A stretch of DNA of 22,942 nucleotides from Octopus sinensis (taxonomy: Eukaryota). The stretch's first letter is position 1; the number at the start of each line of letters is the position of its first letter. A model generated the notes under the pieces. It made no database searches, was not told the origin of the DNA, and saw only the letters and a program-made list of their open reading frames with translations. Made by a program: the position numbers and the translations under genes. Below are positions 1-11,385 of the stretch, piece after piece. Location of the stretch: contig NW_021824260.1 in NCBI RefSeq assembly GCF_006345805.1, positions 1 to 22,942 on the forward strand. The letters run 5' to 3'.

Positions 1-57
1 ACCTAAAACCTGTCTTTGATGTTGATCCACCCACCCCTTGTTAGCATTTAAAACAAA

Positions 58-121
58 TGTATATATGTATATATATGTACATATATATATATATATACAA
101 ATATATATATATATAGTATAT

Positions 122-187
<66 letters not shown>

Positions 188-372
188 ATGTATATATATC
201 TATATAGATATATATATGCACACACACACACACATATATATAATATATATATATTATATATATATATATACATATACATACATACTATATATATATATAT
301 ATGTATGTATGATATGTATATATATATATATGTGTGTGTGCATATATATATATATTATATAAATTTTATTTT
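58..372. repeat. (TA)n-dominated compound microsatellite
   Basis: Near-continuous TA dinucleotide with short CA/TG interruptions; the Y/I-rich ORFs here are artefacts. Confidence 0.95.
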
Positions 373-517
373 GTAATGAGATAAAAAACCAAGGCTGTAT
401 GGATTTAGAACCTTTATAGATAGAAGGTCTTACAGCTGTTTCCAGGATATATATTATATCCCTTCATCGGAGACGGTGTGAGAGGATGGTTAAGTAATAG
501 TTAATTTAGATAAGATA
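373..517 (-). mobile_element. Short dispersed repeat carrying a hammerhead-like motif (Penelope-like/retrozyme-type non-autonomous element), copy 1
   Basis: Colinear with the diverged copy at 13432-13579 (gtaatgagataaaaaaccaaggctgt...gttaatttagataagata). It contains the motif at 427-474 and is flanked by TA tracts. Confidence 0.65.
427..474 (-). ncRNA. Minimal type-I hammerhead ribozyme-like motif (U4C variant)
   Basis: Minus strand reads GTCT-CCGATGA-A-GGGATATA-ATA-TATATCCT-G-GAA-ACAGCTGT-A-AGAC. Stem I is GTCT/AGAC, stem II is 8 bp, stem III is the perfect palindrome ACAGCTGT, and the cleavage triplet is GUA. Confidence 0.7.
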
Positions 518-637
518 CAAAATAGAGAGTGAGGTGGAGGAAATAAAAGAAAATAGATGTGAGATATGCAGGAATATTGTATTTGTAGATCCATCTTTTT
601 AGGCAGAAATTATACATATATTCATATATGTATGTAT

Positions 638-688
<51 letters not shown>

Positions 689-801
689 AATGTATTATAT
701 TATGTATGCATGTATTTTCTTATATGTACATATTTATACATGTATGTAGTTATATATATAGATATACATATATATAACAAGATTCAGTATTATATATGTG
801 T

Positions 802-931
802 ATAGATAGATAAATAGATAGATAGAGAGATAGATAGATAGAGAGAGAGAGAGGGAGAGAGATGGATAGATAGATAGAAGATAGATAGATAGATAGATAG
901 ACAAGACAGACAGACCGACAGACAGACATAT

Positions 932-995
<64 letters not shown>

Positions 996-1028
996 GGATA
1001 GATAGATGGATAGATAGATAGATAGATG

Positions 1029-1070
<42 letters not shown>
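802..1070. repeat. (GATA)n tetranucleotide microsatellite with GACA/GGAT variants
   Basis: Direct reading of the sequence. Confidence 0.95.
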
Positions 1071-1174
1071 ATCTTTTATGCATTCTGTAGCAAGAGCCAG
1101 TCATAGAATCCCTAAATATGTATGAGTTATGGATTATAAATTATTTTGAATATCCTTCATTGTGAGATACATGT

Positions 1175-1260
1175 ATTAGTCTGAAGAAATCTGTTCCTTT
1201 TTGATGATATAATGTGCTCATTGAGCAATTAAAAAATTTGTTTGAAAATTTGTAATTAAT
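1175..1260 (+). ncRNA. Degenerate hammerhead-like motif with long stem II
   Basis: ATTAGT-CTGAAGA...(imperfect hairpin centred on TGCTCA-T-TGAGCA)...GAAA-ATTT-GTA-ATTAAT. Stem I is 6 bp with one G-U pair and the core is canonical, but stem III is mismatched. Confidence 0.45.
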
Positions 1261-1292
1261 TAACACCTGTCCGTCAGCTGTTACTTATTCAT

Positions 1293-1960
1293 TTATATAT
1301 ATATATATACATATATATACATATATATACATAGATAGATATATACATTATATATATATAGGTATATATATAATATATATATATTACATATATATATATA
1401 TATATATATATATAGATGTATTATATATATACCATATATATATATACATATATATCTATATATTATATATATATATACTATATATACATATATATTATAT
1501 ATATATATATATATAATATCGATATATATATAATATATATGTATATATATACATAATATACATATAAATATATACTCACATGCACACACAATGCATGTAT
1601 GGGCAGACATAACGTGCATACATAAACATACACATAAGCAATATATATATATTTACGTGTGTTTTTGAGTAGATATGTATACTGTCTATACATTTATATG
1701 CACAATATACAAATCTATATTCATATATACATGCTTGCACGTGTGCTTGTGTGTGCATATGTCTGCACACATGCAGTTATAAACTTAAATACACATGCAA
1801 ATATATATACTTTTATGTATGCTTGTATATAGATACATATAAACATTCTGTGTATTTTTACACGTTATATGTATTTATACATATGCATATAAAATGTATA
1901 TAGGCATATATATATTATATATATATATATATATATAAATATATATATCATCATCATCAT
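1293..1960. repeat. (TA)n and degenerate TA/CA/TG low-complexity tract
   Basis: Direct reading of the sequence. Confidence 0.9.
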
Positions 1961-2016
1961 CATTTAACGTCCATTAAATGATGATATATATATATATGTA
2001 TGTATATATATGCATG

Positions 2017-2053
<37 letters not shown>

Positions 2054-2073
2054 GTGTGTGTTTGTGTGTGTGC

Positions 2074-2109
<36 letters not shown>

Positions 2110-2138
2110 GATGACAAATATACATAATATATATTATC

Positions 2139-2169
<31 letters not shown>

Positions 2170-2172
2170 ATT

Positions 2173-2205
<33 letters not shown>

Positions 2206-2613
2206 ATTTATATATATATATACATATAGATACATAGATAGATATATAGATAGATTGATTGATTGATAGCTAGGTAGGTAGGTAGATAGGTAGATAGACA
2301 GACACACAAACAAACAGACATATATATATATATATACACACATGTTATACATACCGACATTGATGTGAAGGAGAAGCCTTTATAGTTATACCACATAAAG
2401 GTTGACGACAACAACGACTGCAAATATGTTGATGATGACAGCGGAATTGGTGACAAAGTACTTTTGTTTTCATGATATGATGTGATATGGTATGGATCCA
2501 CCTGCTACAAGTGTCACAGAATACGGTAGTGGTGGTGGTCGTGTTGGACTGGGCAGTGGTTGCGATGTGTCTAAGAATGGGTATACAATAGGTTGGTGGC
2601 GACGGTGTGGACT

Positions 2614-3521
2614 TTAGGGACGAAAATTTTCATTGAAGCTATTTATTGTGGTGGTGGTGGTGGTGATGGTGGTGGTGGTGGTGGTGGTGGTGGTGGTGGT
2701 AGTGGTGGTGGTGGTGGTTGTGGAGGTGGTGGTGGTGGTGGTGATAGTGTTGATGGTGGTGGCGTTGGTGGCGGTGGTGTTGGTGGTTGTGTTTGTGGTG
2801 TTGGTTGTTTTGGTGTTAGCTTTACCAGTGGTATTGTTGTTGGTATTAGTAGTTGTTGAGGTGTTAGTTGTTGTGGTGGTGGTGGTGGTGGTGGTGATAG
2901 TGTTGATGGTGGTGTCGTTGGTGGTGGTGGTGTTGGTGGTTGTGTTTGTAGTGGGTTTGGCGGTTGTGGTTGTAGTGTCGGTTGTTTTGGTGTTAGCTTT
3001 ACCAGTGGTATTGTTGTTGGTATTAGCAGTTGTTGAGGTGTTAGTTGTGGTGGTGGTGGTGGTGGTGGTGGTGGTGATAGTGTTGATGGTAGTGGCGATG
3101 GTGGTGGTGGTGTTGGTGGTTGTGTTTGTAGTGGGTTTGGCGGTTGTGGTTGTGGTGTTGGTTGTTTTGGTGTTAGCTTTACCAGTGGTATTGTTGTTGG
3201 CATTAGTGGTTGTTGAGGTGTTAGTTGTTGTGGTAGTGGTGGTGGTGGTGGTAGCCAGGGTAGTGGAAGGTATTGTTGTAGTGTAATTGGTGGCAGAGTT
3301 GTCATTTTTGTGGTGGTGCTGGTTTTGACGAAGGTAGTGGTTGGGGTGCTAGTATAGGTAATGGTGTTAGTGGTAGTGGCAGTGTTAATGATGGTGGTGG
3401 CAGTGTCAGTGGTGGTGGAGGTAGTGTTCTTGGTGTTGGTCGTGGTGGTAGTAGATATAGTATCAGAGACAGTCTTGCCACTGTTAGCAGTGGCTACAGT
3501 ATAGGTGATAGTATAAGCTAT
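2614..3521 (-). repeat. GGT/ACC-rich low-complexity tract with three ~150-180-bp units; Thr-rich mucin-like reading on the minus strand with one frameshift
   Basis: The anchor gatagtgttgatgg recurs at 2743, 2896 and 3076 (periods 153 and 180). The minus-strand Thr frame is open from ~3305 to TAA at 2616-2614, and from 3521 to ~3306 in the adjacent frame. Coding status is unproven. Confidence 0.7.
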
Positions 3522-3695
3522 TTAACACTCAGCCAGATATGATTCTGTGACAGATAGAGAATGAAAGAGACACACCTTGTCTTTATGAAATCCATTCCAG
3601 ATGTGACCAACCCTTCTTATTGTTTAAACACATCATGATTTTTAGACCCATACACATCCAGTGTGACCCTCCTTTTATTTTTATTTCTTTTTGTT

Positions 3696-4750
3696 TTAAG
3701 GGACATCAATTGGTAATTTTGGAAACATTTTGACTGTTATTTCTAGCATTTCAGACAACCATGTATGAGACTCTCTTTGCTTTGATTAGTGTTTTTGTTG
3801 ATGTTGCTGTTATTGTGTTGTTGTTGTTGTCATTCTTTAGTCATAATGAGCCTTGATCAAACAGACCTACCAGCCATGACCATCACTATTGTGTTTATCC
3901 TATATTTATCAAAGCCAAAGTCAAACCACATCATTCAAAATGTCCTTCGCAGTATGAGATTTAAGGGAAATTTGGTTGCTATTTCTAGCATGTGGAAGGA
4001 CCACCGACAATACAAACTTGTTGCTGTTGTTGCTGTTGTTTAGCCCTTGGTTCTCCTTGACCGAGCACATCATAGAACATCTTCTTCACAGTATGAGATT
4101 TAAGACTTGGCTGTTATTTCTTGCATTTCAAACAACCATGTAAGTAAACTATATTGTTTTAATGGCATCGTTGTTTAGTTCCAGGTCAGTCCTGATCAAA
4201 GAGACCTTCCATCCATGACCACACAGCAAACCTAAGGCCACATCATCCAACATATCCTTCATACTGTGAAATTTAAGGGAGACTTGGTTGCTATTTCTAG
4301 TATTTCTGACAACCACGTATGAGAACCACATTGCTTTAATAGCATTGTTGTTTAGTCCCAGATCAATCCTGATCAGGCAGACCTTCCAGCCATGACTATC
4401 ACCAGTATTTTATTGCAAACACAAACGTAAGGTCAACCACATCACAATATTTCCTTCATATTGAAAGATTTAAGGGAAACTTGACTGCTATTTCTAGCAT
4501 GTGGAGGCACTACATAGAGGCTCCACACAGACTACATAATGTTGTTGCTATTCTTGTTGCAGTCCAGCCCCTGATCCTCCCTGACAGAGCAGACCCTATG
4601 ATAAAAGGCTTTCTAGAGATGACCATCACTTCTGTTTACATCTACATGCATGAGACAGACTCTCTACCTCACGATCCAAAGTGTCCTTCATTTTATATGA
4701 CAGTAGTATGTGATTTGTTGGAGGTTTGGCTGCCATTTCCAGCATGTTTT
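3696..4750. repeat. Degenerate tandem array (~6 units, 135-245 bp) of a dispersed-repeat-like unit
   Basis: TATTTCTAGCAT-like anchor at 3738, 3980, 4115, 4292, 4489 and 4734, usually preceded by GATTTAAGGGA..TTG. A second motif, CTGATCA..CAGACC..CCAGCCATGACCATC, also recurs. Confidence 0.7.
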
Positions 4751-4945
4751 GGATGTCTGTTAGTAGCAATGAAGATTTAGCTGAATGGTGGAGTTGATGG
4801 TGGAGGTGGTGGATGATCGTGACAGTGTTGGTGGCAGTACTGTCTGTGGTAGTGGAGGGTTCTGGTGGTAGCAGCAGTGGTGGTAGTGTTGGCAGGGGTA
4901 GTATTGGCGCTAGTAGTAATATTGGTGGTTATGGTGGGTGGTTAC

Positions 4946-5010
<65 letters not shown>

Positions 5011-5038
5011 CAGCAGCAGCCGCAGTAGCAGCAGCAGC

Positions 5039-5100
<62 letters not shown>

Positions 5101-5125
5101 CAGCAGCAGCAGCAGCAGCAGCAGT
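4946..5125. repeat. (AGT)n/(AGC)n trinucleotide microsatellite
   Basis: Direct reading; the poly-S/V/L ORFs are artefacts. Confidence 0.95.
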
Positions 5126-5484
5126 AACGGTGCTTGCAAAAGTAGTGGTGGTGGAACTGGTGGTGGTGGTGGCGGTGGTGGTGGTAGTATTGATGGTGGT
5201 AGTGGTCCCTTATTGCTGTTGTTGTTTGTTGTGATGGTGTTGGCAGTAGTAGTGGTGGTAGCTGTGCTAGTGGTGGTATTATTTGTGAGGTTGGTTATAG
5301 TAGTGATGTACAGTTGTGGCAGTAGTTGGGCTGTTGGTATTGGTGGTGTTGCTAGTGGTGGTGGTAGTGGTAGTGGTACTAGTTGTGGTGCTGGCTAATG
5401 TAATGGTGTTCACGTGTGATGGTTGTGGTAATAGTGCTTTGGTATTGGTGGTGGTGATGGTGGTGTTAGTTTGGGGGGAAGGTT

Positions 5485-7290
5485 GTGATAGTCGTGGCCG
5501 TAGTGGTGGTGGTTAGAGTAGAGGTGTTGGTAGTGGTGTTAATGATGGTGGTGGTGGTGTTGTTGTTGGAGGTGGTGTTGATGGTGGTAGTGATGGTGGT
5601 GGCAGCGATGGTGGTGGCGGTAGTGGTGGTGGTGGTGGTGGTGGTGTTGTTGTTGGAAGTGGTGTTGGTGGTGGTGGTGTTGTTGTTGGAAGTGCTGTTG
5701 GTGGTGGTGGTGTTGTTGTTGGAAGTGGTGTTGTTGGAGGTGGTGTTGATGGTGGTAGTGATGGTGGTAGTAGCGATGGTGGTGGCGGTAGTGGTGGTGG
5801 TGGTGGTGTTGTTGTTGGAAGTGGTGTTGTTGTTAGAGGTGGTGTTGATGGTGGTAGTGATGGTGGTGGTAGCGATGGTGGTGGTGTTGATGGTGGTAGT
5901 GATGGTGGTGGCAGCGATGGTGGTGGCGGTAGTGGTGGTGGTGGTGGTGGTGGTGTTGTTGTTGGAAGTGCTGTTGGTGGTGGTGGTGTTGTTGGAAGTG
6001 CTGTTGGTGGTGGTGGTGTTGTTGTTGGAAGTGGTGTTGTTGGAGGTGGTGTTGATGGTGGTAGTGATGGTGGTAGTAGCGATGGTGGTGGCGGTAGTGG
6101 TGGTGGTGATGGTGGTGGTGGTGGTGTTGTTGTTGGAAGTGCTGTTGGTGGTGGTGGTGTTGTTGTTGGAAGTGGTGTTGTTGGAGGTGGTGTTGATGGT
6201 GGTAGTGATGGTGGTGGCGGTAGTGGTGGTGGTGATGGTGGTGGTGGTGGTGTTGTTGGAGGTGGTGTTGATGGTGGTAGTGATGGTGGTGGTAGCGATG
6301 GTGGTGGTGTTGATGGTGGTAGTGATGGTGGTGGCAGCGATGGTGGTGGCGGTAGTGGTGGTGGTGGTGGTGGTGTTGTTGTTGGAAGTGCTGTTGGTGG
6401 TGGTGGTGTTGTTGTTGGAAGTGGTGTTGTTGGAGGTGGTGTTGATGGTGGTAGTGATGGTGGTGGCAGCGATGGTGGTGGCGGTAGTGGTGGTGGTGAT
6501 GGTGGTGGTGGTGGTGTTGTTGGAGGTGGTGTTGATGGTGGTAGTGATGGTGGTGGTAGCGATGGTGGTGGTGTTGATGGTGGTAGTGATGGTGGTGGCA
6601 GCGATGGTGGTGGCGGTAGTGGTGGTGGTGGTGGTGGTGTTGTTGTTGGAAGTGGTGTTGTTGGAGGTGGTGTTGATGGTGGTAGTGATGGTGGTGGCAG
6701 CGATGGTGGTGGCGGTAGTGGTGGTGGTGGTGGTGGTGGTGTTGTTGTTGTTGGAAGTGCTGTTGGTGGTGGAGGTGTTGTTGTTGGAATGCTGTTGGTG
6801 GTGGTGGTGTTGTTTGTTGAAGTGGTGTTGTTGTGAGTGGTGTTGATTGGTGGTAGTGATGGTGGTAGTAGCGATTGGTGGGTGGCGGTAGTGTGGTGGT
6901 GGTGGTGTTGTTGTTGGAGTGGTGTTGTTTGGAAGGTGGTTTGGTGTTGATGGTGGTAGTGATGGTGGTAGTAGCGATGGTGTGGCGGTAGTGGTGGTGG
7001 TGGTGGTGTTGTTGTTTGGAAGTGTGTTGTTTGTTAGAGGTGGTGTTGCACGGTGGTAGTGATGGTGGTGGTAGCGATGGTGTGGGTAGTGTGGTGGTGG
7101 ATGGTGGTGTGGTGGTGTTGTTGGAGGTGTGTTGATGGTGGTAGTGATGGTGTGGTGGGTAGCGATGTGTTGGTGTTGATGGTGGTAGTGATGGTGGTGG
7201 TAGCGATGGTGGTGGCGGTAGTGGTGGTGGTAGTGGTGGTGGTAGTGGTGGTGGTAGTGGTGGTGGTAGTGGTGGTGGTGGTGGTGTCAG
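5485..7290. repeat. GGT-rich higher-order minisatellite
   Basis: Modules GTTGTTGTTGGAAGTG and GTTGATGGTGGTAGTGATGGTGGTGGCAGCGATGGTGGTGGCGGTAGTGG are shuffled in tandem. The phase is maintained to ~6790, after which single-base indels are frequent. Confidence 0.9.
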
Positions 7291-7875
7291 TGCTTATAGA
7301 GAAACTTGCTGGTGCTGCTTCTCAGAGCAGGAGGTTATAGTGCTGATGATGGTAGTGGTGATGGTGGTGGTGGTGGAGCTGGTGGAGGTAGTGGTGGCGG
7401 CAGTGATAGTGGTGGTGGTGGTGGTGGTGGTGATGACAGCAGTGGTGACAGTCAGGGAGAGACAGCAGTGGTATCAAGGTTCTCAATGGTGATGGTTGTA
7501 GCAGGTGGTGATGAAGGTAGTGTCGGTGGTAGTATTGGTGGTGGTGGTGGTGGTGGTGGTGGTGGTGGAGGTAACGGCGCTGGTTTTAATTTGCAAGAGA
7601 AATGAGCAGAGATGATACCACACCATTCCAAAGTGTAACGAGAAATGAGCCGTTACAGACCATGAGGATGGTGTTTGGGGAGAGAGGGAGGGAGGGAGAG
7701 TAAGGGGAGGAGGAGCAGGAGGAGGAAGAGGAGAGAAGGGTAGATGCAAAAATGGCGGGGAGAGTGGGGTGTGTGAAGTTGCTTAGAGAGGGAGAAGCTG
7801 TAGAAAGCAAGTTTTCTTGCGGCATGCACGAGTGGGTGGGAGATGAAGAGGAATGGCAGCTCTTTACATGTGTGT

Positions 7876-7959
7876 GTGTATATATTATATTATATACATA
7901 CATATATATATATATATATACATACATATATATATATATATTATATAATAAGTACATAA

Positions 7960-7995
<36 letters not shown>

Positions 7996-8292
7996 ATATA
8001 TATAAGTATATATATATATATATCATAATATAATATATATATATATAAGTACATATAGAATATATAATATCATATAATTATATATATCTAACATATACAT
8101 ATATATATATATATTATATATTATATATATATGTATATATGTATGTATGTCTATATATATAAGGAGGCATGGTATGCCTGTCTTGAGTGTGTATTTGCAA
8201 TAAGTCTTCATATATAATATAAATACAATATATAAATACATATAATATATATATATATATATATATTATATATAATATATATATATATAATA

Positions 8293-8323
<31 letters not shown>

Positions 8324-8600
8324 ATATATATATAATATGAGTAGAGATATTTATAAAAATATGTGTATAAATATATATAAACTACATATATAGATATCGA
8401 TATATTTACAAACATACATATATGTAATTCTATCTATATCTATCTATCAATCTATCTGTTTATATTTAATATTTATATATATATATAATATATATACATA
8501 TATATATATATACACACACATATATACATACACACACACCATATAATATATTATAATATATATATAATATATATATATACACACACATATACATACACAC

Positions 8601-8635
<35 letters not shown>

Positions 8636-8660
8636 CCACAAACACACATGCATGTATATA
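7876..8660. repeat. (TA)n compound microsatellite region
   Basis: Direct reading of the sequence. Confidence 0.9.
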
Positions 8661-8857
8661 TAAACTACATTTAAGAGAAATCTACTTTGATTCAAGCAAA
8701 TTCAGTAAAACAATAAATATATGTACAAGCAAAATTTCTCTGACTGGATGCTCTTCCTGATGCCAACTCTTACGGATTCCCACAAAAAGAGGAATCTCTC
8801 TCCCTTTCTCACTCACTCTCTCTCTCTCTCTCCCTTTCTCTCTCTCCCTCTCTCTGC

Positions 8858-8889
<32 letters not shown>

Positions 8890-9023
8890 CTCTCCCTGTC
8901 CTTGGAATATGAACATGAAAATAGCTATATGCTTTACAGAGAACTGCAAAGGCAGGATGCAGCTCATAGTTGCTGATGTTTCCGTATGATTGGCACATAA
9001 TGACAAGATGAGACAACATTATC

Positions 9024-9059
<36 letters not shown>

Positions 9060-9540
9060 TATGGGAGCCATTTTAGAAGGCTTGAATCTCATATGTTTCG
9101 TTATATTCATAACATATGTATTTAGGTAGTGGGTAGCGATTTTCTTCACTACTTCAGGGAGTGACGACCCTGCCTGACATGAGTCCTGGACTCAGCTGGT
9201 TCTGGCTGACAGTACCCAGTATGGGCCCCTATCCAGGGCTATGGAAAGGAGACAACCTTCAAAGTAATCCGGAGTGGAGCACCATAGGCGGTTTAGTGTT
9301 CGACTCGACACTCTTCCGGTAGCTTCTGCAACCAAGCTGGTGCCAAACGTAATGCTCTGCACTCCTTTGGACTACATCTGCAAGGTTGAGAAAGGAATCC
9401 TGACAATTGGGTTACCCAGGATTTTCTTACATCTAGCCCAGGCCTGCGCAAAACTGGAGAGGAAACTGGAGAGGACATGAAATGTAAAAACCAGACTGGG
9501 TTAGTTTATGTGTAACTCCATTGTCTCCTGAGACAGAAGG

Positions 9541-9900
9541 ATGCTGACAACAATATATACCCACATTCATACATGGGAAAACAAAGCATCAGAATGCAGG
9601 ACCTGGTGCCAGTCCTGCCTCTCTTCAGCTCAAAAATTTGAGCAAGGTAGACTCCAACATCGGGACCAACTTCATGCAAGCATGAAGACACGCAAGTAAA
9701 ACGCTACTCCTCTAAATGGAAACCTTACCTGTCGTTGTGGTTTTGTGGTATGAAGCAAAGCAGGCCTTTGCTTCATGCCACAAAACCTTGCTGTCCACTC
9801 AGGAAAACACATAGTAAATGATCCACAAGCACTCAGGCAAACTGAGTCCTCAACTTGTTCCATTTGCCAAGAGGTTTGCAAGGCACATGCAAGTCCATAG
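9541..9900 (+). mobile_element. Decayed C-terminal ORF fragment of an RTE-clade non-LTR retrotransposon
   Basis: One frame reads ..TWENKASECRTWCQSCLSSAQKFEQGRLQH..RK*NATPLNGNLTCRCGFVV*SKAGL..STCSICQEVCKAH. This resembles the RTE WE..A.DR..WR helix followed by CxC/CxxC zinc-finger-like motifs, with 2 internal stops and a CAT-rich tail near 9960. Confidence 0.55.
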
Positions 9901-9984
9901 AACATGATTACTGCTTTATATTACTGAGCCCTCATTTATCATTCACAACAAAGGAATACATCATCATATATATACATCATCATA

Positions 9985-10034
<50 letters not shown>

Positions 10035-10059
10035 CGTGGTCAAATGTGATACACGCGGT

Positions 10060-10267
10060 CAAAATGTGACCACGTGTGTACTATTGGCGATTTTTTTGCT
10101 CTGTCTTCCCTTCTCTGGATCTTTCCTTCTCCTATGTTTCCGACGAAGAGCTCCGCTCGAAACGTTAAACCCTCCTTCTTTCCTTCTTTCCTGAGCGTCC
10201 AATAATACTATATTTGTTCCATGTCCTCGCGTTGTGTTTTTTGTGCTTTCTTGTTTGGATTACCTTT
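10060..10267 (+). mobile_element. Pyrimidine-rich short repeat carrying a minimal hammerhead-like motif
   Basis: Same architecture as 12738-12905 (CT-rich leader, motif, T-rich trailer), with TA tracts on both sides. Confidence 0.6.
10136..10170 (+). ncRNA. Minimal type-I hammerhead ribozyme-like motif (U4C variant)
   Basis: GTTT-CCGACGA-A-GAGC-TCC-GCTC-GAA-ACGT-T-AAAC. Stem I is GTTT/AAAC, stem II is GAGC/GCTC, stem III is the palindrome ACGT, and the cleavage triplet is GUU. Confidence 0.7.
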
Positions 10268-10277
10268 ATATATATAT

Positions 10278-10340
<63 letters not shown>

Positions 10341-10509
10341 GCATGAACAATTGTACTACTCTAATTTGGATATCCTTGTTGCTTATTTTGATTATAATCA
10401 CCCCATTTGATTTATATGGATAATACCATAGAAAATTCTGGTGCCTTTAACTTAAGTACCATATTCATCTGAATCTAAATTTTGCTGAACTTATATATAT
10501 ATATATAAC

Positions 10510-10705
10510 ATCATCATCATTTAATCTCAGCCTTCCATGCTGGCACGGGTTGGTCTGTTTTGACCTACATTTTATGGCTGGATGCCTTTCTTAACATCAA
10601 CCAGCCCACAGAGTGGACTGAGGGCTTTTCACGTGACACCACCACACACAAGGGCAAATTTGGCATGGTTTAAATAGCTGGATGCCCATCCAAATGCCAA
10701 CCACT
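10510..10705 (-). mobile_element. Degenerate fragment of the RTE-derived non-autonomous repeat
   Basis: catcatcatcatttaa...ttccatgctggcacgggttgg and ctggatgcc..aac..caacc are reverse-complement matches to the copies at 20703-21044 and 21322-21680. Confidence 0.6.
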
Positions 10706-10758
10706 ATATATATATAATATATATATATGTGTATGATTAAAGTCAAAATGAGGGTGAA

Positions 10759-10900
10759 CGTCTACCAAATCCACTCACAAGGCTTTGGTCTGCCCGAGGC
10801 TATAGCAGAAGACACTTGCCCAAGATGCCATGCAGTGGGACTGAACCTGGAACCATGTGGTTGGTTAGCAAGCTACTTACCACACAGCCACTCCTGCGCC
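10759..10900 (-). mobile_element. tRNA-derived CORE-type SINE, 5' portion
   Basis: Reverse complement of the head of 11799-12210, including the A box, B box and CCTTGGGCAAGTGTCTT-like core. Confidence 0.85.
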
Positions 10901-11133
10901 TATATGTATATGAACAAGTAGACAAACAAAAGGAAAGGACATTTAACACATTTAGTAGGAGTTACACGTATTATTTAAGACAATTTTCTTCCCCTGTAAC
11001 TTAAAAAGTCGCCGGCCCCTAACAGAAGCTTCTCTTTTTCAGGCTTCTGTTAGAGGCCTGCAAAACTTTAAACTGCATGGAACCAAATCAAACTGTTTTA
11101 AATATTGTGTGTATGTGTGGGTGTGTGAAAATT

Positions 11134-11385
11134 AGTGGTTACAGAATTTGATCATAGTCATGAGGCTATGAGTTCCAGGGTTCAATTCCTGGCAGTGCAA
11201 TTTGTCCTAGAGCAAGACAATTTGTTTTGAATTCCTCCAGTTCACTCTGCTGGCAAAAAGTTGGGTCTGTAATGGAAACGGCCAGCCTTGTTACATTCTA
11301 TGTCGTGTGGAATCTCCCTCAGTTAAGGGTATGTTATGCATATCTGTGGAGTACTCAGCCACTTGCATGTTAATTTCATGATCAG
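11134..11385 (+). mobile_element. Second, degenerate tRNA-derived SINE family
   Basis: AGTGGTTA (A-box-like), GGTTCAATTCC (B box) and TGTCCTAGAGCAAGACA (CORE-like), followed by a non-simple-sequence body. Confidence 0.55.

Noticed and set aside
48-2352. Many Y/I/C/V-rich ORFs (also throughout 7586-8695, 12445-13097, 15200-15884, 18070-19140)
   Set aside because: They are translations of TA/TG/CA/GATA microsatellites with no protein-like complexity.
4865-7605. Long poly-Val/Ser/Gly/Leu ORFs including the 453-aa ORF
   Set aside because: They are by-products of trinucleotide repeats that lack stop codons; no domains or splice support.
9088-9120. CATATGTT...AACATATG hairpin with minus-strand GAAACATATG
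   Set aside because: There is no CTGANGA core and the cleavage triplet is wrong.
9596-9630. Minus-strand CTGAAGA followed by a GC-rich hairpin
   Set aside because: There is no GAAA or stem III; it lies within the RTE ORF remnant.
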